From Methanobacteriota archaeon (GTDB lineage Archaea; Thermoplasmatota; Poseidoniia; Poseidoniales; Thalassarchaeaceae): a stretch of DNA of 64,000 bases. A program made the translations under genes and the position numbers. The notes under the pieces were generated by a model. It made no database searches, was not told where the DNA came from, and saw only the letters and a program-made list of their open reading frames with translations. The stretch is taken from the NCBI GenBank assembly GCA_002730095.1, contig PBZE01000044.1, positions 2,904 through 66,903 of the forward strand. Reading direction: 5' to 3'. Of the stretch, positions 25,930 to 36,260 are shown one piece after another (position 1 is the first letter of the stretch; each line of letters begins with the position of its first letter).

Positions 25930-27432
25930 ATGCATATGGCCAATACCATCGCGGCGTTCTCTGAGATGGTTACGAGCCAAGAAATAGTTTGTGCCACAAA
26001 GACACAAAATGGTTTCGCTATTTCATTGTCGAGTAATGAGATCGTGTTTTTGGACGAAGTATGTGAGATTGTATCTAAGCATATTCCCGATGAAGAAATC
26101 ATAGCACTGAATGATACAGATAGGGGGATATTTGCCGTAAATGTCGAAGGCGATATCATCATGATAAAAAAACATCAGATAGAGAAGATTTTCAGCGGCA
26201 ACGGATGTAAAGACGCATCATTCTCTAAAGACAAATTTTTCATTTTGCAAGAAAGTAATGAGCTATTTTTGATCGACAATGCAGGGGAGTCAAGATTTTC
26301 CACAATCCTCAATGACCCGATAATTATCCATTCCTCTGACCAGGGGGATTATGTTGTCGTGGCTAGTGAGGATGGGTCGTTGACAATATTGGATGATAAT
26401 TTACAGGTATCTCATCACTCAGTCCCTAGGGATGATGATGTGGAGGTAATTTCCAAAATATCTACCGATGGACTTGGAAAAATCCTTGTTTCGAGGTCTT
26501 CATTGGGCTTGGTGGTCGATGAGAGGGCTGTAAATAGAATAGAGCTGTGGGACTTTGAGGAGGGCCTGATTGGAGAGGCCGAGGTGCCATCAAGGATTAC
26601 TTGTATAACGCCATATCGTGATGGATATGTGGCGGGCTGTTTTGAAGGCGAAATAATACTAATAAAGAGTAATTTACAGGTATCTATAATATCAAAAATG
26701 GAATATTCAATTTCAGAAATCTTGGAGTGGGAAGGAGACATAATTGCTTCATATTGGTTTTTTGTTGAAAGACTTAGCCCCTTAGGAAGAAAAATCTGGT
26801 CATTCGAGCATCAGAATCTTGTGAAGGGGCTACTCAAACTAGAGAATGACGGAATACTGATTTTCGGTAACAGCGTAAGTACGAATGACAGTAACCACAT
26901 CACAATTATCCATCCAAATACAGATCCAAAGGAAGACGACATCATCCCCTCTCAGGATTTTGATTCAATCGACTTATCCAATGAGGGACACTCAGGAATG
27001 CTCACCGACAATGAGTCTTCTGCTGCATTATCAAGGTCCACGATAGACGGAATCGAGAGCCTGATTTCTGATATCAATGAGCCTATTGAAGACATTACCC
27101 ACGCAAATGAGCAGGCTAATGAGGACTTGCTACAGTCATTGTCATCAACAGCAAGATCGCTAAACATTCCCCCAGTGGCCAATGCAGGAGAGGATATCAC
27201 CATGGCCTCCAATGAAGATTCAAAGGCGGATGTTACCCTAGACGGTTCCGGCTCATATGATCCAGATGGCGAGATAGTAGCATGGTCTTGGAGTACCGGA
27301 GGCGGAAGGAAGCTGGGGCAATCAAAGATAGTCAGAGTCAGGCTTGTGCCCGGTGTCCACGTTTTTACCCTGAGGGTGACTGACAATATGGGCGCAGAGT
27401 CTGAAAGTAGCATGACTGTCAGAATCATATAG
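25930..27432 (+). CDS. Hypothetical protein: repeat-rich (beta-propeller-like) N-terminal region plus C-terminal PKD domain
   Basis: The C-terminal ANAGEDITMAS...VTLDGSGSYDPDGEIVAWSWS...VHVFTLRVTDNMGAES is a PKD domain signature. The N-terminal 400 aa has recurring beta-strand-rich segments. No N-terminal signal peptide is seen. Confidence 0.6.
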   Translation: MHMANTIAAFSEMVTSQEIVCATKTQNGFAISLSSNEIVFLDEVCEIVSKHIPDEEIIALNDTDRGIFAVNVEGDIIMIKKHQIEKIFSGNGCKDASFSKDKFFILQESNELFLIDNAGESRFSTILNDPIIIHSSDQGDYVVVASEDGSLTILDDNLQVSHHSVPRDDDVEVISKISTDGLGKILVSRSSLGLVVDERAVNRIELWDFEEGLIGEAEVPSRITCITPYRDGYVAGCFEGEIILIKSNLQVSIISKMEYSISEILEWEGDIIASYWFFVERLSPLGRKIWSFEHQNLVKGLLKLENDGILIFGNSVSTNDSNHITIIHPNTDPKEDDIIPSQDFDSIDLSNEGHSGMLTDNESSAALSRSTIDGIESLISDINEPIEDITHANEQANEDLLQSLSSTARSLNIPPVANAGEDITMASNEDSKADVTLDGSGSYDPDGEIVAWSWSTGGGRKLGQSKIVRVRLVPGVHVFTLRVTDNMGAESESSMTVRII

Positions 27433-28359
27433 CTAAAGATTGGCCAATTCATCCCTCAAAGAAGGCAACGCCTCTTCCCAAGTCGCTACTATCCCATAGT
27501 CCGCTACTCCAAAAATAGGTGCGTCTGGATCTTTGTTTATGGCAACTATGTACTTGCTAGAGCGCATCCCTGCTAAGTGCTGTATTGCACCGCTAATTCC
27601 CACGGCGATATACAGGGAAGGATTGACCGTCTTTCCTGTCTGCCCGACCTGCATGCTGTGAGGAATCTCGTCCCATGAATCTACAGCAGCTCGGCTTGCC
27701 CCAACTGCTGCACCGATGATATCAGCAACCTCATTCAAGTGTGAGAAGTTAGCAGGATCCCCCATTCCTCTCCCTCCAGATATAATGATATCAGCTTCAG
27801 AGACATCGAGCCTTTCACCAGCTTTAGCAATGGCTTCTTTCACAGCAACAGATACTTCAGATGAGCTATCCACTGTAACTACCTCTGCACTGCCTCCCAG
27901 ACTTGCGGCCTCAAAGGCATTCTGCCTGAGGGTAATCACGCACGATCCAGAAGCATTGGAAGTCTCGACAGCTTTCCCTGAGTAAATCGATCGAGTCATC
28001 ATGAGGCCATTGTCAATTCCAGTAAGATCCTGAACTACCGGAACTCCCATTTTCGAGGCTATCTGAGCAGCTAATTCCCTGCCCGAAGGGGACGAGGAAC
28101 CCATCACAATGCCGTCGCCACAATGAGGCGTCATTACATGTGACCATGCCCCGCTATCGAAAGAAGAGAAACAATCCCCCTTCAAGGACACTACCTTGGC
28201 CACACCTGAAATTTCAGAGGCCTCTTTCTCCCCTATTCCTCCGGGGCACAATACGGTTACCGTGCCTCCCAATGTACTGGCCGCACCAACGAGTTGACTT
28301 GTGACCGGATGCAATTCATTCCCATTTGATTCAGCAATTATTGTTATGTCCATCTTCAT
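27433..28359 (-). CDS. etfA: Electron transfer flavoprotein, alpha subunit
   Basis: The C-terminal FAD-binding signature [40 protein letters not shown]. Confidence 0.9.
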   Translation of the reverse strand: MKMDITIIAESNGNELHPVTSQLVGAASTLGGTVTVLCPGGIGEKEASEISGVAKVVSLKGDCFSSFDSGAWSHVMTPHCGDGIVMGSSSPSGRELAAQIASKMGVPVVQDLTGIDNGLMMTRSIYSGKAVETSNASGSCVITLRQNAFEAASLGGSAEVVTVDSSSEVSVAVKEAIAKAGERLDVSEADIIISGGRGMGDPANFSHLNEVADIIGAAVGASRAAVDSWDEIPHSMQVGQTGKTVNPSLYIAVGISGAIQHLAGMRSSKYIVAINKDPDAPIFGVADYGIVATWEEALPSLRDELANL

Positions 28360-28364
28360 TCCTC

Positions 28365-29123
28365 CTAAATTACATTCGCCTCTTCGCGAAGCTTCGCGAC
28401 AACAGTTGGGACCGATTCCGCCCCCTCGAACTTCTGGCCCGGGGGCTTCTCGGGAGGAGGGGCATGGGAGTTGATCTTCACACCAGATTCTCCAAGATCG
28501 ACGCCCAGGTCTCCCGCGCTGACGGATTCGATGACCTTCTTCTTGGCCATCATAATTCCCTTAACATTAGGTCTTCGGAGCTCTGTCAGGCCTTTATCGA
28601 ATGTGAACAGACACGGTTTTGAAACTACAACCCGTTCATCTCCCGAAGAAATCCCCCTCTGTGCAATAAAGCCGTCTCCCTCTATGCCGACCTCAGAGAC
28701 CATCCCAACGCATGACGCACCAAGTAGACTGGCCACTCCCGGCCCAGTTGACCCAGAGTTTGTGTCTGCAGCTTGCTTACCACACAAGATGATCTCGGCA
28801 CCGCAGTGCTTGATAGCCGCTGCAAGAATAGACTGAATTTGCGTGCTGTCCATCTCGGAGGTATCTGCCACAACATGCAACATCGAGTCCACCCCTACAG
28901 CTGCAGCGTCTGTGAGCATCTTGGAAGACCTAGCTGGACCACAAGTAATAGCTACTAAATCGCCGCCTCCGGCCTCCTTCAACTGAAGTGCATATTCAAG
29001 TGCATATTCGTCATAAGGACTGGTAGACCATTTGGCTACCGAACTCTGGTCAACTCGTCCTCCAGATACGGCAATTTTCGCTGTGGTGTCAGGAACTTGC
29101 TTCAGTAATACTGCTATTGTCAT
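28365..29123 (-). CDS. etfB: Electron transfer flavoprotein, beta subunit
   Basis: MTIAVLLKQVPDT, NPYDEYALE-like SPYDEYALEYAL, and ILCGKQAADTNSG. Trimmed to the internal ATG at 29123. Confidence 0.9.
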   Translation of the reverse strand: MTIAVLLKQVPDTTAKIAVSGGRVDQSSVAKWSTSPYDEYALEYALQLKEAGGGDLVAITCGPARSSKMLTDAAAVGVDSMLHVVADTSEMDSTQIQSILAAAIKHCGAEIILCGKQAADTNSGSTGPGVASLLGASCVGMVSEVGIEGDGFIAQRGISSGDERVVVSKPCLFTFDKGLTELRRPNVKGIMMAKKKVIESVSAGDLGVDLGESGVKINSHAPPPEKPPGQKFEGAESVPTVVAKLREEANVI

Positions 29124-29187
29124 GTAATCCCTAACGTTGCGACTGTAGATTCGCCTATCAAGATTGACCCACGACAATCTCTTCAAG

Positions 29188-30375
29188 TTAGCTTAAATCT
29201 CTGGTAAATGACTGAATTCCAGTGATGTATCTGCCCAAAATTAGATTGTGAATATCATGAGTTCCCTCGTACGTCTTTACAGACTCCAGATTCGCCATAT
29301 GCCTCATTACGGGATATTCATCAAGTATTCCGTTTGCTCCATGGATGTCTCTCGCCACCCTCGCAATCTCCAATGCAATATCGACATTATTCATCTTTGC
29401 AAGTGAGATATGCTCCGGAATCCAATCTCCCGCATCCTTCTTTTGAGAAAGATGGTATGCCAGCAGCTGAGCTTTGGTTATCTCCCTGAGCATCCAAGAC
29501 AATTTATTCTGAACGAGCTGGTAAGAAGCTATTGGGTGATCGAATTGAATTCTGCTGAGAGAATACTCCTTAGCCGAATCAAAACAGGCCTGGGCAGCGC
29601 CTATCGCTCCCCAAGAAATGCCATATCTGGCATTATTTAGACAAGAGAACGGACCTCTCAGACCCTTCACCCCTGGAAGGATCCTATCCTTGGGTATCTT
29701 GCAGTCTTGGAATACCAACTCACTTGTTACAGATGCCTTGAGAGAATGTTTACCCTTCATCTCAGGGGCAGAGAAACCTTCATCCTCGTCCTCGACAATG
29801 AATCCTCTGATCACTCCATCCAACTTGGCCCAGACCACAGCTACTTTGGCAATGGACCCATTGGTAATCCACATCTTCGCACCATTCAAGAGGTAGTGAT
29901 CGCCCATGTCCTCGGCTCTTGTTATCATATCTCCCGGGTTAGAGCCGTAATCAGGCTCAGTAAGGCCAAAGCAGCCAATCCATTCTCCACTGGCCATTTT
30001 TGGGAGATAGTGATTCTTTTGTTCTTCGGATCCAAAATCCCAAATCGGGTACATGGCCAAAGAACCCTGGACAGACGCAAAGGAACGGAGGCCACTGTCC
30101 CCTCTTTCAAGCTCTCTGCAAATAACCCCATATGCCGCATACGATAAGCCCGGGCACCCATATCCCTTCAAAGGAGCGCCGAGAACACCCATTTCTCCCA
30201 AGGTAACTCGCCACTCATCGGGGAAAACGCCATCCCTGCATGCATGCTCTATTTTTGGGAGGACTTCATTGTCAACAAAATCTCGTACCATGTCCCTAAC
30301 CATTCTTTCCTCATCAGTCAGGAGCGAGTCGACATCGTAGAAGTCCAGTGCTTCGAATGGCATATTCTCAGTCAC
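29188..30375 (-). CDS. Acyl-CoA dehydrogenase, glutaryl-CoA dehydrogenase-like
   Basis: LLTDEERMVRDMVRDF, GCFGLTEPDYGSNPGDM, WITNGSIAKVAVVWAK and YEGTHDIHNLILGR. It lies directly upstream of etfBA on the same strand. Confidence 0.85.
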   Translation of the reverse strand: MTENMPFEALDFYDVDSLLTDEERMVRDMVRDFVDNEVLPKIEHACRDGVFPDEWRVTLGEMGVLGAPLKGYGCPGLSYAAYGVICRELERGDSGLRSFASVQGSLAMYPIWDFGSEEQKNHYLPKMASGEWIGCFGLTEPDYGSNPGDMITRAEDMGDHYLLNGAKMWITNGSIAKVAVVWAKLDGVIRGFIVEDEDEGFSAPEMKGKHSLKASVTSELVFQDCKIPKDRILPGVKGLRGPFSCLNNARYGISWGAIGAAQACFDSAKEYSLSRIQFDHPIASYQLVQNKLSWMLREITKAQLLAYHLSQKKDAGDWIPEHISLAKMNNVDIALEIARVARDIHGANGILDEYPVMRHMANLESVKTYEGTHDIHNLILGRYITGIQSFTRDLS

Positions 30376-30411
30376 CGCGAGGTACTTTCACTCATCAAGG
30401 TATGGAATGAA

Positions 30412-31605
30412 CTATCTCTTTCTTCGTCTCTCTTTGAGCTTCTTGCCCTTGCGACGGATATTACGCTGTTTGCCCTTGCCAATGTCCGATATTGACATAA
30501 AAAACGTAATTATCATTCCAGAAATGGCCAATATTACTCCCAATAAAACAATATTTGAAAACATAGAATCTTGACTAGTCTCATTCAAAGGATGGAACGA
30601 TGCAAAGCTCCCTCTGTCTGTGAGAATCCAACCCGAGTCACTCCCGGTCCCCCATGTATAAACCACTGACTCCCCCGAGAGCTGCACACTTCTTTGGGAA
30701 ACATCCAAGTTGCCCAACCAAGGATAAGTCGCATTATCCTCCATATCGTGTTCGATAATGCTGAATGGAGCCAATGAGATCAGGAATCTGTTTTCCTCAA
30801 GAATCGAAATACCAGTAAAAATTCCATCAATACCAACTATCTCAACTCCACCAACAGTAGACTCTTCAGGATTAGATGGGTCAAGCTCAACAGTTCCTAA
30901 GATTTCAGCTGAAATAACTATGCATGAAGGAATCAAATCAGAGCACTCTAAATCAAACCAATTGGTAGAGAAACCCCCTATCCAATTCATTGAATGGTCT
31001 CTTTGGATAACTGCGATACCAGAATAGGAAGTCGATACTACGCAAAGTGAAGAGTCCAGTGAACAATCTATCGATGTAATGGGCCCTATGCCTTCGGTTC
31101 CATTTAGGGGGTGTATCTCAGATCCGCCATCGCCAGATGACCTGAATCTCCAAATTTCTCCTTCATCGGAGCCAATATATGCCCAAGAACCCGAGGGATT
31201 CCAAGTTACGGAAGACAGGTTGTATCCCTCTAATCCATTGTTATCAGCTACAGTCAGTGATTTATCCAGATCCGAGTACCTCAGAATCGTTCCATTATCT
31301 CCCACAATTATTGCTGATTTCCCACCGGGATGGAAGCCAGCGTCATTTAGTGACTCCTGCCCGATTGAGGGCATCTCAATAATCTGAGCAGGGTCTTCAG
31401 AGGAGAATAAAATCACTTTGGAATCCACTCCGTAAGCAAGGACAAGAGACCTATTTGGACTCAATTCAGCCCCATCCAATCCTAGATCGTCGCCTGAAAA
31501 TGAGTCTATTCTTTCGATAAAAACTGCTGATTCAGAGGCCGAAAATGTTGTGGCGGCAGAGATAGCAACAATGACGACAAGGAGCTTCACTCTGATGTCC
31601 TGCAT
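30412..31605 (-). CDS. Hypothetical secreted beta-propeller-like protein with C-terminal TM anchor and a highly basic tail
   Basis: N-terminal signal-like VKLLVVIVAISAATTFSASES, repeated strand-rich segments, a C-terminal helix NIVLLGVILAISGMIITFFM, then KGKQRNIRRKGKKLKERRRKR. Confidence 0.55.
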   Translation of the reverse strand: MQDIRVKLLVVIVAISAATTFSASESAVFIERIDSFSGDDLGLDGAELSPNRSLVLAYGVDSKVILFSSEDPAQIIEMPSIGQESLNDAGFHPGGKSAIIVGDNGTILRYSDLDKSLTVADNNGLEGYNLSSVTWNPSGSWAYIGSDEGEIWRFRSSGDGGSEIHPLNGTEGIGPITSIDCSLDSSLCVVSTSYSGIAVIQRDHSMNWIGGFSTNWFDLECSDLIPSCIVISAEILGTVELDPSNPEESTVGGVEIVGIDGIFTGISILEENRFLISLAPFSIIEHDMEDNATYPWLGNLDVSQRSVQLSGESVVYTWGTGSDSGWILTDRGSFASFHPLNETSQDSMFSNIVLLGVILAISGMIITFFMSISDIGKGKQRNIRRKGKKLKERRRKR

Positions 31606-31696
31606 GATTTCCGATATGCACATCATCTATAGCCCGTTCGTAACTCAAAATGGATGCCTCTCTGATGACAGAATTGAATAGTGTCCCAGTCAGCGC

Positions 31697-32215
31697 ATGG
31701 GCATGGAGCGATTCGACGTACGACGAGGGAAGGTAAAGCAAATCGAGGAAGAAGGAGGGTTATCTGCTCTCGCTGGAAGCTTTTTTGACAATATTGAATC
31801 CGATGACAGTAGCTCATTTTCTGGATCACATGGAATAATGACATCAATTTCAGGAAGATTCGAGGGAAATGCTTTGATCGTAGACGTAACCAATGTCGCC
31901 CCTAACTTCGAAGACCCCGAGGCCATGAAGGTAGCTATGGATGATAGGAAGAGGTGGACTGCATTTCTGGATGAGGCCACGGGATACAACTCGAAGCAAC
32001 GAGGAGATAAGGCCAAGGAGTGGGCAAAGAAAGCCTCCAAAGCAAAGTCCGCCATTTCTTCTGCACGTCACTTCATGGAGATGTCTGAAACCATAAGTCA
32101 GGACAAGAAGGACAAGGCGGAAGAATTAATTTCAGAGATTGAAAGCGCCTTGGAGTCCAATGAAAATACCAAGGCAGCCGGAAGAGCTGAGAAACTGAAC
32201 AAGCTGTTTAACTAG
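31697..32215 (+). CDS. Hypothetical soluble protein
   Basis: 172 aa with coding-like composition and a Lys/Glu-rich helical C-terminus. No family confidently recognised. Confidence 0.45.
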   Translation: MGMERFDVRRGKVKQIEEEGGLSALAGSFFDNIESDDSSSFSGSHGIMTSISGRFEGNALIVDVTNVAPNFEDPEAMKVAMDDRKRWTAFLDEATGYNSKQRGDKAKEWAKKASKAKSAISSARHFMEMSETISQDKKDKAEELISEIESALESNENTKAAGRAEKLNKLFN

Positions 32216-32223
32216 GTGAAAAA

Positions 32224-33339
32224 ATGTCCAATGAGAGCGACTCATTGCCCGATGAAGCAATCCAAATGAAAGTTGAAAGGATGTTTTCAGGCTGCGAAGA
32301 GGTTGTCGGAAAGGAACATGTAGAGAGCGTCCTTTCTGGAAATCCGTCTCATTCAGGAGATGGCAATCTAGTTGCATACATTGGTCTAGAGCCCAGTGGT
32401 AAGGCACATCTTGGTTGGCTTTTACTCTCAGGAACCATCAGGAAAATGTTAGACGAGGGAGTTAATGTGATCATCCTTCTTGCAGATTGGCATGCATGGG
32501 TAAATGACAAGTTCGGCAGGGACATGGAAAAAATCTCACTTGCAGCGGATTATATGTCAGAGGTTTTCTTATCATTATTGGGGCATCCACAGATCGGAGA
32601 TGGCCCAGGGCAAATACGATTCATCAGGGCTTCCGAGATTATGGACTCAGGAAAATACTGGGAAAGGGTCCTAAGATGTTCTAAAAATATGAGCTTATCC
32701 AGGGTTAGAAGGACATTCAGCATAATGGGGAGGGACGAGGACTCCTCCGACCACGACCTCTCAGCATTCTTTTACCCAGCTCTTCAGGCAGCTGATATAT
32801 TCGAGCTTGAGGTCGATATCGCTTTCGGAGGCATGGACCAGAGAAAGGCGCACATGTACATGAGAGAGGTCGCGGACAGAAATAGTTGGATAAAACCCAC
32901 TTGCATTCACACTCCGATGCTTTCCGGACTAAAAGGACCAGGGGGCAGAATGGACTCATTTGATCATAAGATGTCGAAATCAGATCCAAATAACGCCGTT
33001 ATTCTTCACGACACTAAAGAAATACTACAAAAAAAGATGAAGAAGGCATTTCTTGAAGTCGGAAACAGATCTTCAGCCATCTTCGAGATAACTGAACATA
33101 TCATAATTCCAATCTTAGGGGAAATATCAATCACGCCAGATCCAAAATATGGGGAGCCGTCCAATTTTTCTAATTGCCAAAAGTTCGTAGACGCGGTTTC
33201 AGATGGAACTGTACACCCTCTGGATGCCAAGATAGCTGTAGCGGACTCATTATCGGAAATCCTGATGCCTCTGTCAGAATATTTCCAAGATAATCCTGAA
33301 ATTATTGAAATCATGGATTCTATAGCCGCAAAGAGCTGA
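32224..33339 (+). CDS. tyrS: Tyrosyl-tRNA synthetase, archaeal type
   Basis: YIGLEPSGKAHLGW (HIGH-type), ILLADWHAWVN, FYPALQAADI, VDIAFGGMDQRKAHM and KMSKS. Colinear with the M. jannaschii TyrRS as I recall it. Confidence 0.85.
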   Translation: MSNESDSLPDEAIQMKVERMFSGCEEVVGKEHVESVLSGNPSHSGDGNLVAYIGLEPSGKAHLGWLLLSGTIRKMLDEGVNVIILLADWHAWVNDKFGRDMEKISLAADYMSEVFLSLLGHPQIGDGPGQIRFIRASEIMDSGKYWERVLRCSKNMSLSRVRRTFSIMGRDEDSSDHDLSAFFYPALQAADIFELEVDIAFGGMDQRKAHMYMREVADRNSWIKPTCIHTPMLSGLKGPGGRMDSFDHKMSKSDPNNAVILHDTKEILQKKMKKAFLEVGNRSSAIFEITEHIIIPILGEISITPDPKYGEPSNFSNCQKFVDAVSDGTVHPLDAKIAVADSLSEILMPLSEYFQDNPEIIEIMDSIAAKS

Positions 33340-33419
33340 GCCTTACATTTTCGCCTTTTTGCTGGAATTATCAGGGACAGGTATCATAACCCCCATTGCC
33401 ACGCGAGGTCGGTGAAATA

Positions 33420-34970
33420 ATGTCAGATGTTGGTATAGATGATATCGCAATTCACTTCCCTCGACTGTACTTCGATATGAGGGATTTTGCAGATTTTAGG
33501 GGCGCGGACTTTGGAAAGCTCAACAAGGGACTGGGCCTCTCAGCAATGGCGATACCCGATGTTCATGAAGATACGGCAACAATGGGGGCAAACGCCGCAT
33601 CTAGACTTATTGATAGGAATGAGATAGACCCAAATAAAATCGGCCGAATTTACCTCGGTACAGAATCTGCTCTTGATGGCGCGAAGCCGACTGCCACCTA
33701 CATTATGGACATGCTAGAGCAAAGATACTCGACCAAGTATGGCGATAATTGCTTCAGGAACTGCGATGTTGTTGATCTGACATTTGCTTGCATAGGGGCA
33801 GTTGATGCTATGCACAATACTCTAGACTGGGTAGCCAGGGGGGGCGAGGAAAAAGATAGAATCGGAATAGTGGTGTTCGCTGATAATGCCAAGTATGATC
33901 TTGAATCCAGTGGAGAGTACACTCAAGGAGCTGGAGGGGGCGCGATCCTGATCCGTCACAATCCAAGACTTCTCACAATTCCAGATATATGGGGAGTTTC
34001 AACTATGCCAGTACACGACTTCTTCAAACCTAGAAGGGAAGTTAATACAAGGATGATTGTTGAGAATGTGTTGGACGTGGCCAGAGAGAGCGGAGAGAGA
34101 ATAAAGGAGGGTCTCGCCGAGAAGATTCTCAAGTACTTGCCAAAATCATCCAAGAAAGACGATATCATGTTTGAAAATGAGAAGTTGATGATCCACAAGG
34201 ACATGCCAGTCTTCGATGGCCAATTCTCAAATCGATGCTATTCAGAATCAGTAAAAACTGCATTCATAAATTTCAGATCTAAAGCCATTGTAGATGGAAG
34301 GTATAATCCCGAAGAAGATGAGATCCTCACGGAGCAATGGATGAGGATAATAGTACATCTCCCGTATGCGTTTCAGGGGAAGAGGATGTTCCCAGATGTC
34401 TTCAGGCACGATCGGAGGGAACTCCCAGTTTGGGATTCCATAACTGAGGAGATCGGACCTGAGCCGCTTCCCCAAGATTTTCCACAGACTTCAGAAGGAA
34501 TTGAGGAATTTGAACGTGCAAATGATCTCTACAGGAGACTAATATCCAAGACAGATGAGTTCAAGATATTCGCAGAGCAAAGAATCGAAAAAACTCAGAG
34601 GGCATCTAGTTTGATTGGAAATCAGTATACTGGTTCCATCTTCCTGGCCTTAATGTCCACAATGGAAAGTGACTATTTGGATGGAACTGAAATGAACGGT
34701 AAGAAGGTCGGCCTTTGTGGATACGGGTCAGGGGCTAAGGCGAAGGTCTTCGAAGGAGAGGTCCAAGAACAGTGGAAAGAAATCTCATCTCGCTTCGAAC
34801 TGTTCGAGAGACTCTCTAAGAGGACCCCAATCGATAAAACAATTTACGAGTCACTTCACAGGGGCACTAGAAAAGACTCTGTAGTATCTCCAAATGCGGA
34901 GTTTGCATTGATTGGAATTGGCGCAGAGGGAGATCTGGAAGGCCAGAGAAGGTATGCTTGGGTCGAATAG
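33420..34970 (+). CDS. Hydroxymethylglutaryl-CoA synthase, long form with internal insertion
   Basis: Catalytic-residue contexts are present: LGTESALDGAKP (Glu), TFACIGAVDAM (Cys), VHLPYAF (His), plus VFDGQFSNRCY, GNQYTGSIFLAL and CGYGSGAKA. Confidence 0.8.
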   Translation: MSDVGIDDIAIHFPRLYFDMRDFADFRGADFGKLNKGLGLSAMAIPDVHEDTATMGANAASRLIDRNEIDPNKIGRIYLGTESALDGAKPTATYIMDMLEQRYSTKYGDNCFRNCDVVDLTFACIGAVDAMHNTLDWVARGGEEKDRIGIVVFADNAKYDLESSGEYTQGAGGGAILIRHNPRLLTIPDIWGVSTMPVHDFFKPRREVNTRMIVENVLDVARESGERIKEGLAEKILKYLPKSSKKDDIMFENEKLMIHKDMPVFDGQFSNRCYSESVKTAFINFRSKAIVDGRYNPEEDEILTEQWMRIIVHLPYAFQGKRMFPDVFRHDRRELPVWDSITEEIGPEPLPQDFPQTSEGIEEFERANDLYRRLISKTDEFKIFAEQRIEKTQRASSLIGNQYTGSIFLALMSTMESDYLDGTEMNGKKVGLCGYGSGAKAKVFEGEVQEQWKEISSRFELFERLSKRTPIDKTIYESLHRGTRKDSVVSPNAEFALIGIGAEGDLEGQRRYAWVE

Positions 34971-34975
34971 GATCA

Positions 34976-36199
34976 TCAAGGCTTTATCGCGCGATTGATT
35001 ACAATCCTCTGAACTTCCTGAGTGCCTTCATAGATCTGCGTTATCTTGGCATCTCTGAAGAATCTCTCAACAGGGAAATCTGTCGTATACCCATACCCTC
35101 CAAGAACTTGAACGGCCCTTTCTGAGACCCACATGGCAGTATCACCCGCGAATAATTTAGCCATACTGGCCTCCTTTGTGTGCCTTGTACCGCCTTCTTC
35201 GTAATGCTTCTGCTTAGCCCATGCCGCTTTGTAAACCATCATTCTCGATGCTTCTATCTGGGTAGCCATATCTGCAAGAATGTTACCAACACTTTGATGG
35301 TATGAGATCGGCTTCCCAAATGTCTGCCTCTCATAAGAATAATTCAGAGCCGATTCGTATGCTCCCTGTGAAATTCCAAGTGCCTGTGCAGCTATTCCGA
35401 TCCTGGAATTATCCAACGCGTTCATGGCTATGGGAAAACCTTCTCCCGGCTCCCTTAGAACATTCTCAACAGGAACCATACAATCCTTGAGCAGAAGCGA
35501 GCATGTATCTGACGATCTAATCCCTAGCTTATCCTCCTTCTTCCCAACTGAGAATCCCTCAAATCCTTTCTCGACAATGAATGCGGTAGTTCCGCCATGC
35601 TTCTTCACACCATATTCTGGATGATCAACATCCTTGGCAAAAAGAACGTATATGTCAGCACTAGATCCATTTGTAACCCACATTTTTTCACCGTTGAGAA
35701 TGTAATGCCGCCCGTCTTCACTAAGCTTAGCTTTGCAAGACATTGCTGCGGCATCTGTCCCAGATCCAGCTTCAGAAAGTGAATATGCGCCTATTTCATT
35801 TTCTGCCAACCTTGTGAGATACTTACTCTTCTGCTCTTCGCTTCCATGAATCGAAATTGTCTTCGAGCAGAGTCCAACATGAACGCAGTACATCACAGAA
35901 AATGAAGGGTCAACTCTTGCCAACTCCTCTACGATAATGGCCTCCGTGATATCGTCTACTGGGCTTCCACCGTATTCCTCTCCAATAGTAATACCTTGCA
36001 AGCTAGTTTCACAAAATTTCGCCCATTCATCTAATGGTGGCCGTTGTTCCTGATCTCTAACAAGAGTAGTCGGAAGTAGTACCTCCTCCGCGAAATCTCT
36101 TACCATGTTTCGGATCATGTTCTGCTCTTCGGTCTCTTCAAAATTCATGGGCCTCAATACATCCGAAAGGCGGCCCATTGTTAATCTCTCGTCACTCAA
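34976..36199 (-). CDS. Acyl-CoA dehydrogenase (short/medium-chain type)
   Basis: MNFEETEEQNMIRNMVRDFA, AYSLSEAGSGTDAAAM, WVTNGSSADIYVLFAK and IYEGTQEVQRIVI. The start may be the internal Met at 36148. Confidence 0.9.
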   Translation of the reverse strand: MSDERLTMGRLSDVLRPMNFEETEEQNMIRNMVRDFAEEVLLPTTLVRDQEQRPPLDEWAKFCETSLQGITIGEEYGGSPVDDITEAIIVEELARVDPSFSVMYCVHVGLCSKTISIHGSEEQKSKYLTRLAENEIGAYSLSEAGSGTDAAAMSCKAKLSEDGRHYILNGEKMWVTNGSSADIYVLFAKDVDHPEYGVKKHGGTTAFIVEKGFEGFSVGKKEDKLGIRSSDTCSLLLKDCMVPVENVLREPGEGFPIAMNALDNSRIGIAAQALGISQGAYESALNYSYERQTFGKPISYHQSVGNILADMATQIEASRMMVYKAAWAKQKHYEEGGTRHTKEASMAKLFAGDTAMWVSERAVQVLGGYGYTTDFPVERFFRDAKITQIYEGTQEVQRIVINRAIKP

Positions 36200-36260
36200 T
36201 TCTCAAATTCACTCAAACGAATAGTTGAAATTAGACATCGGAGGCCGCGGTGCGAGAATC

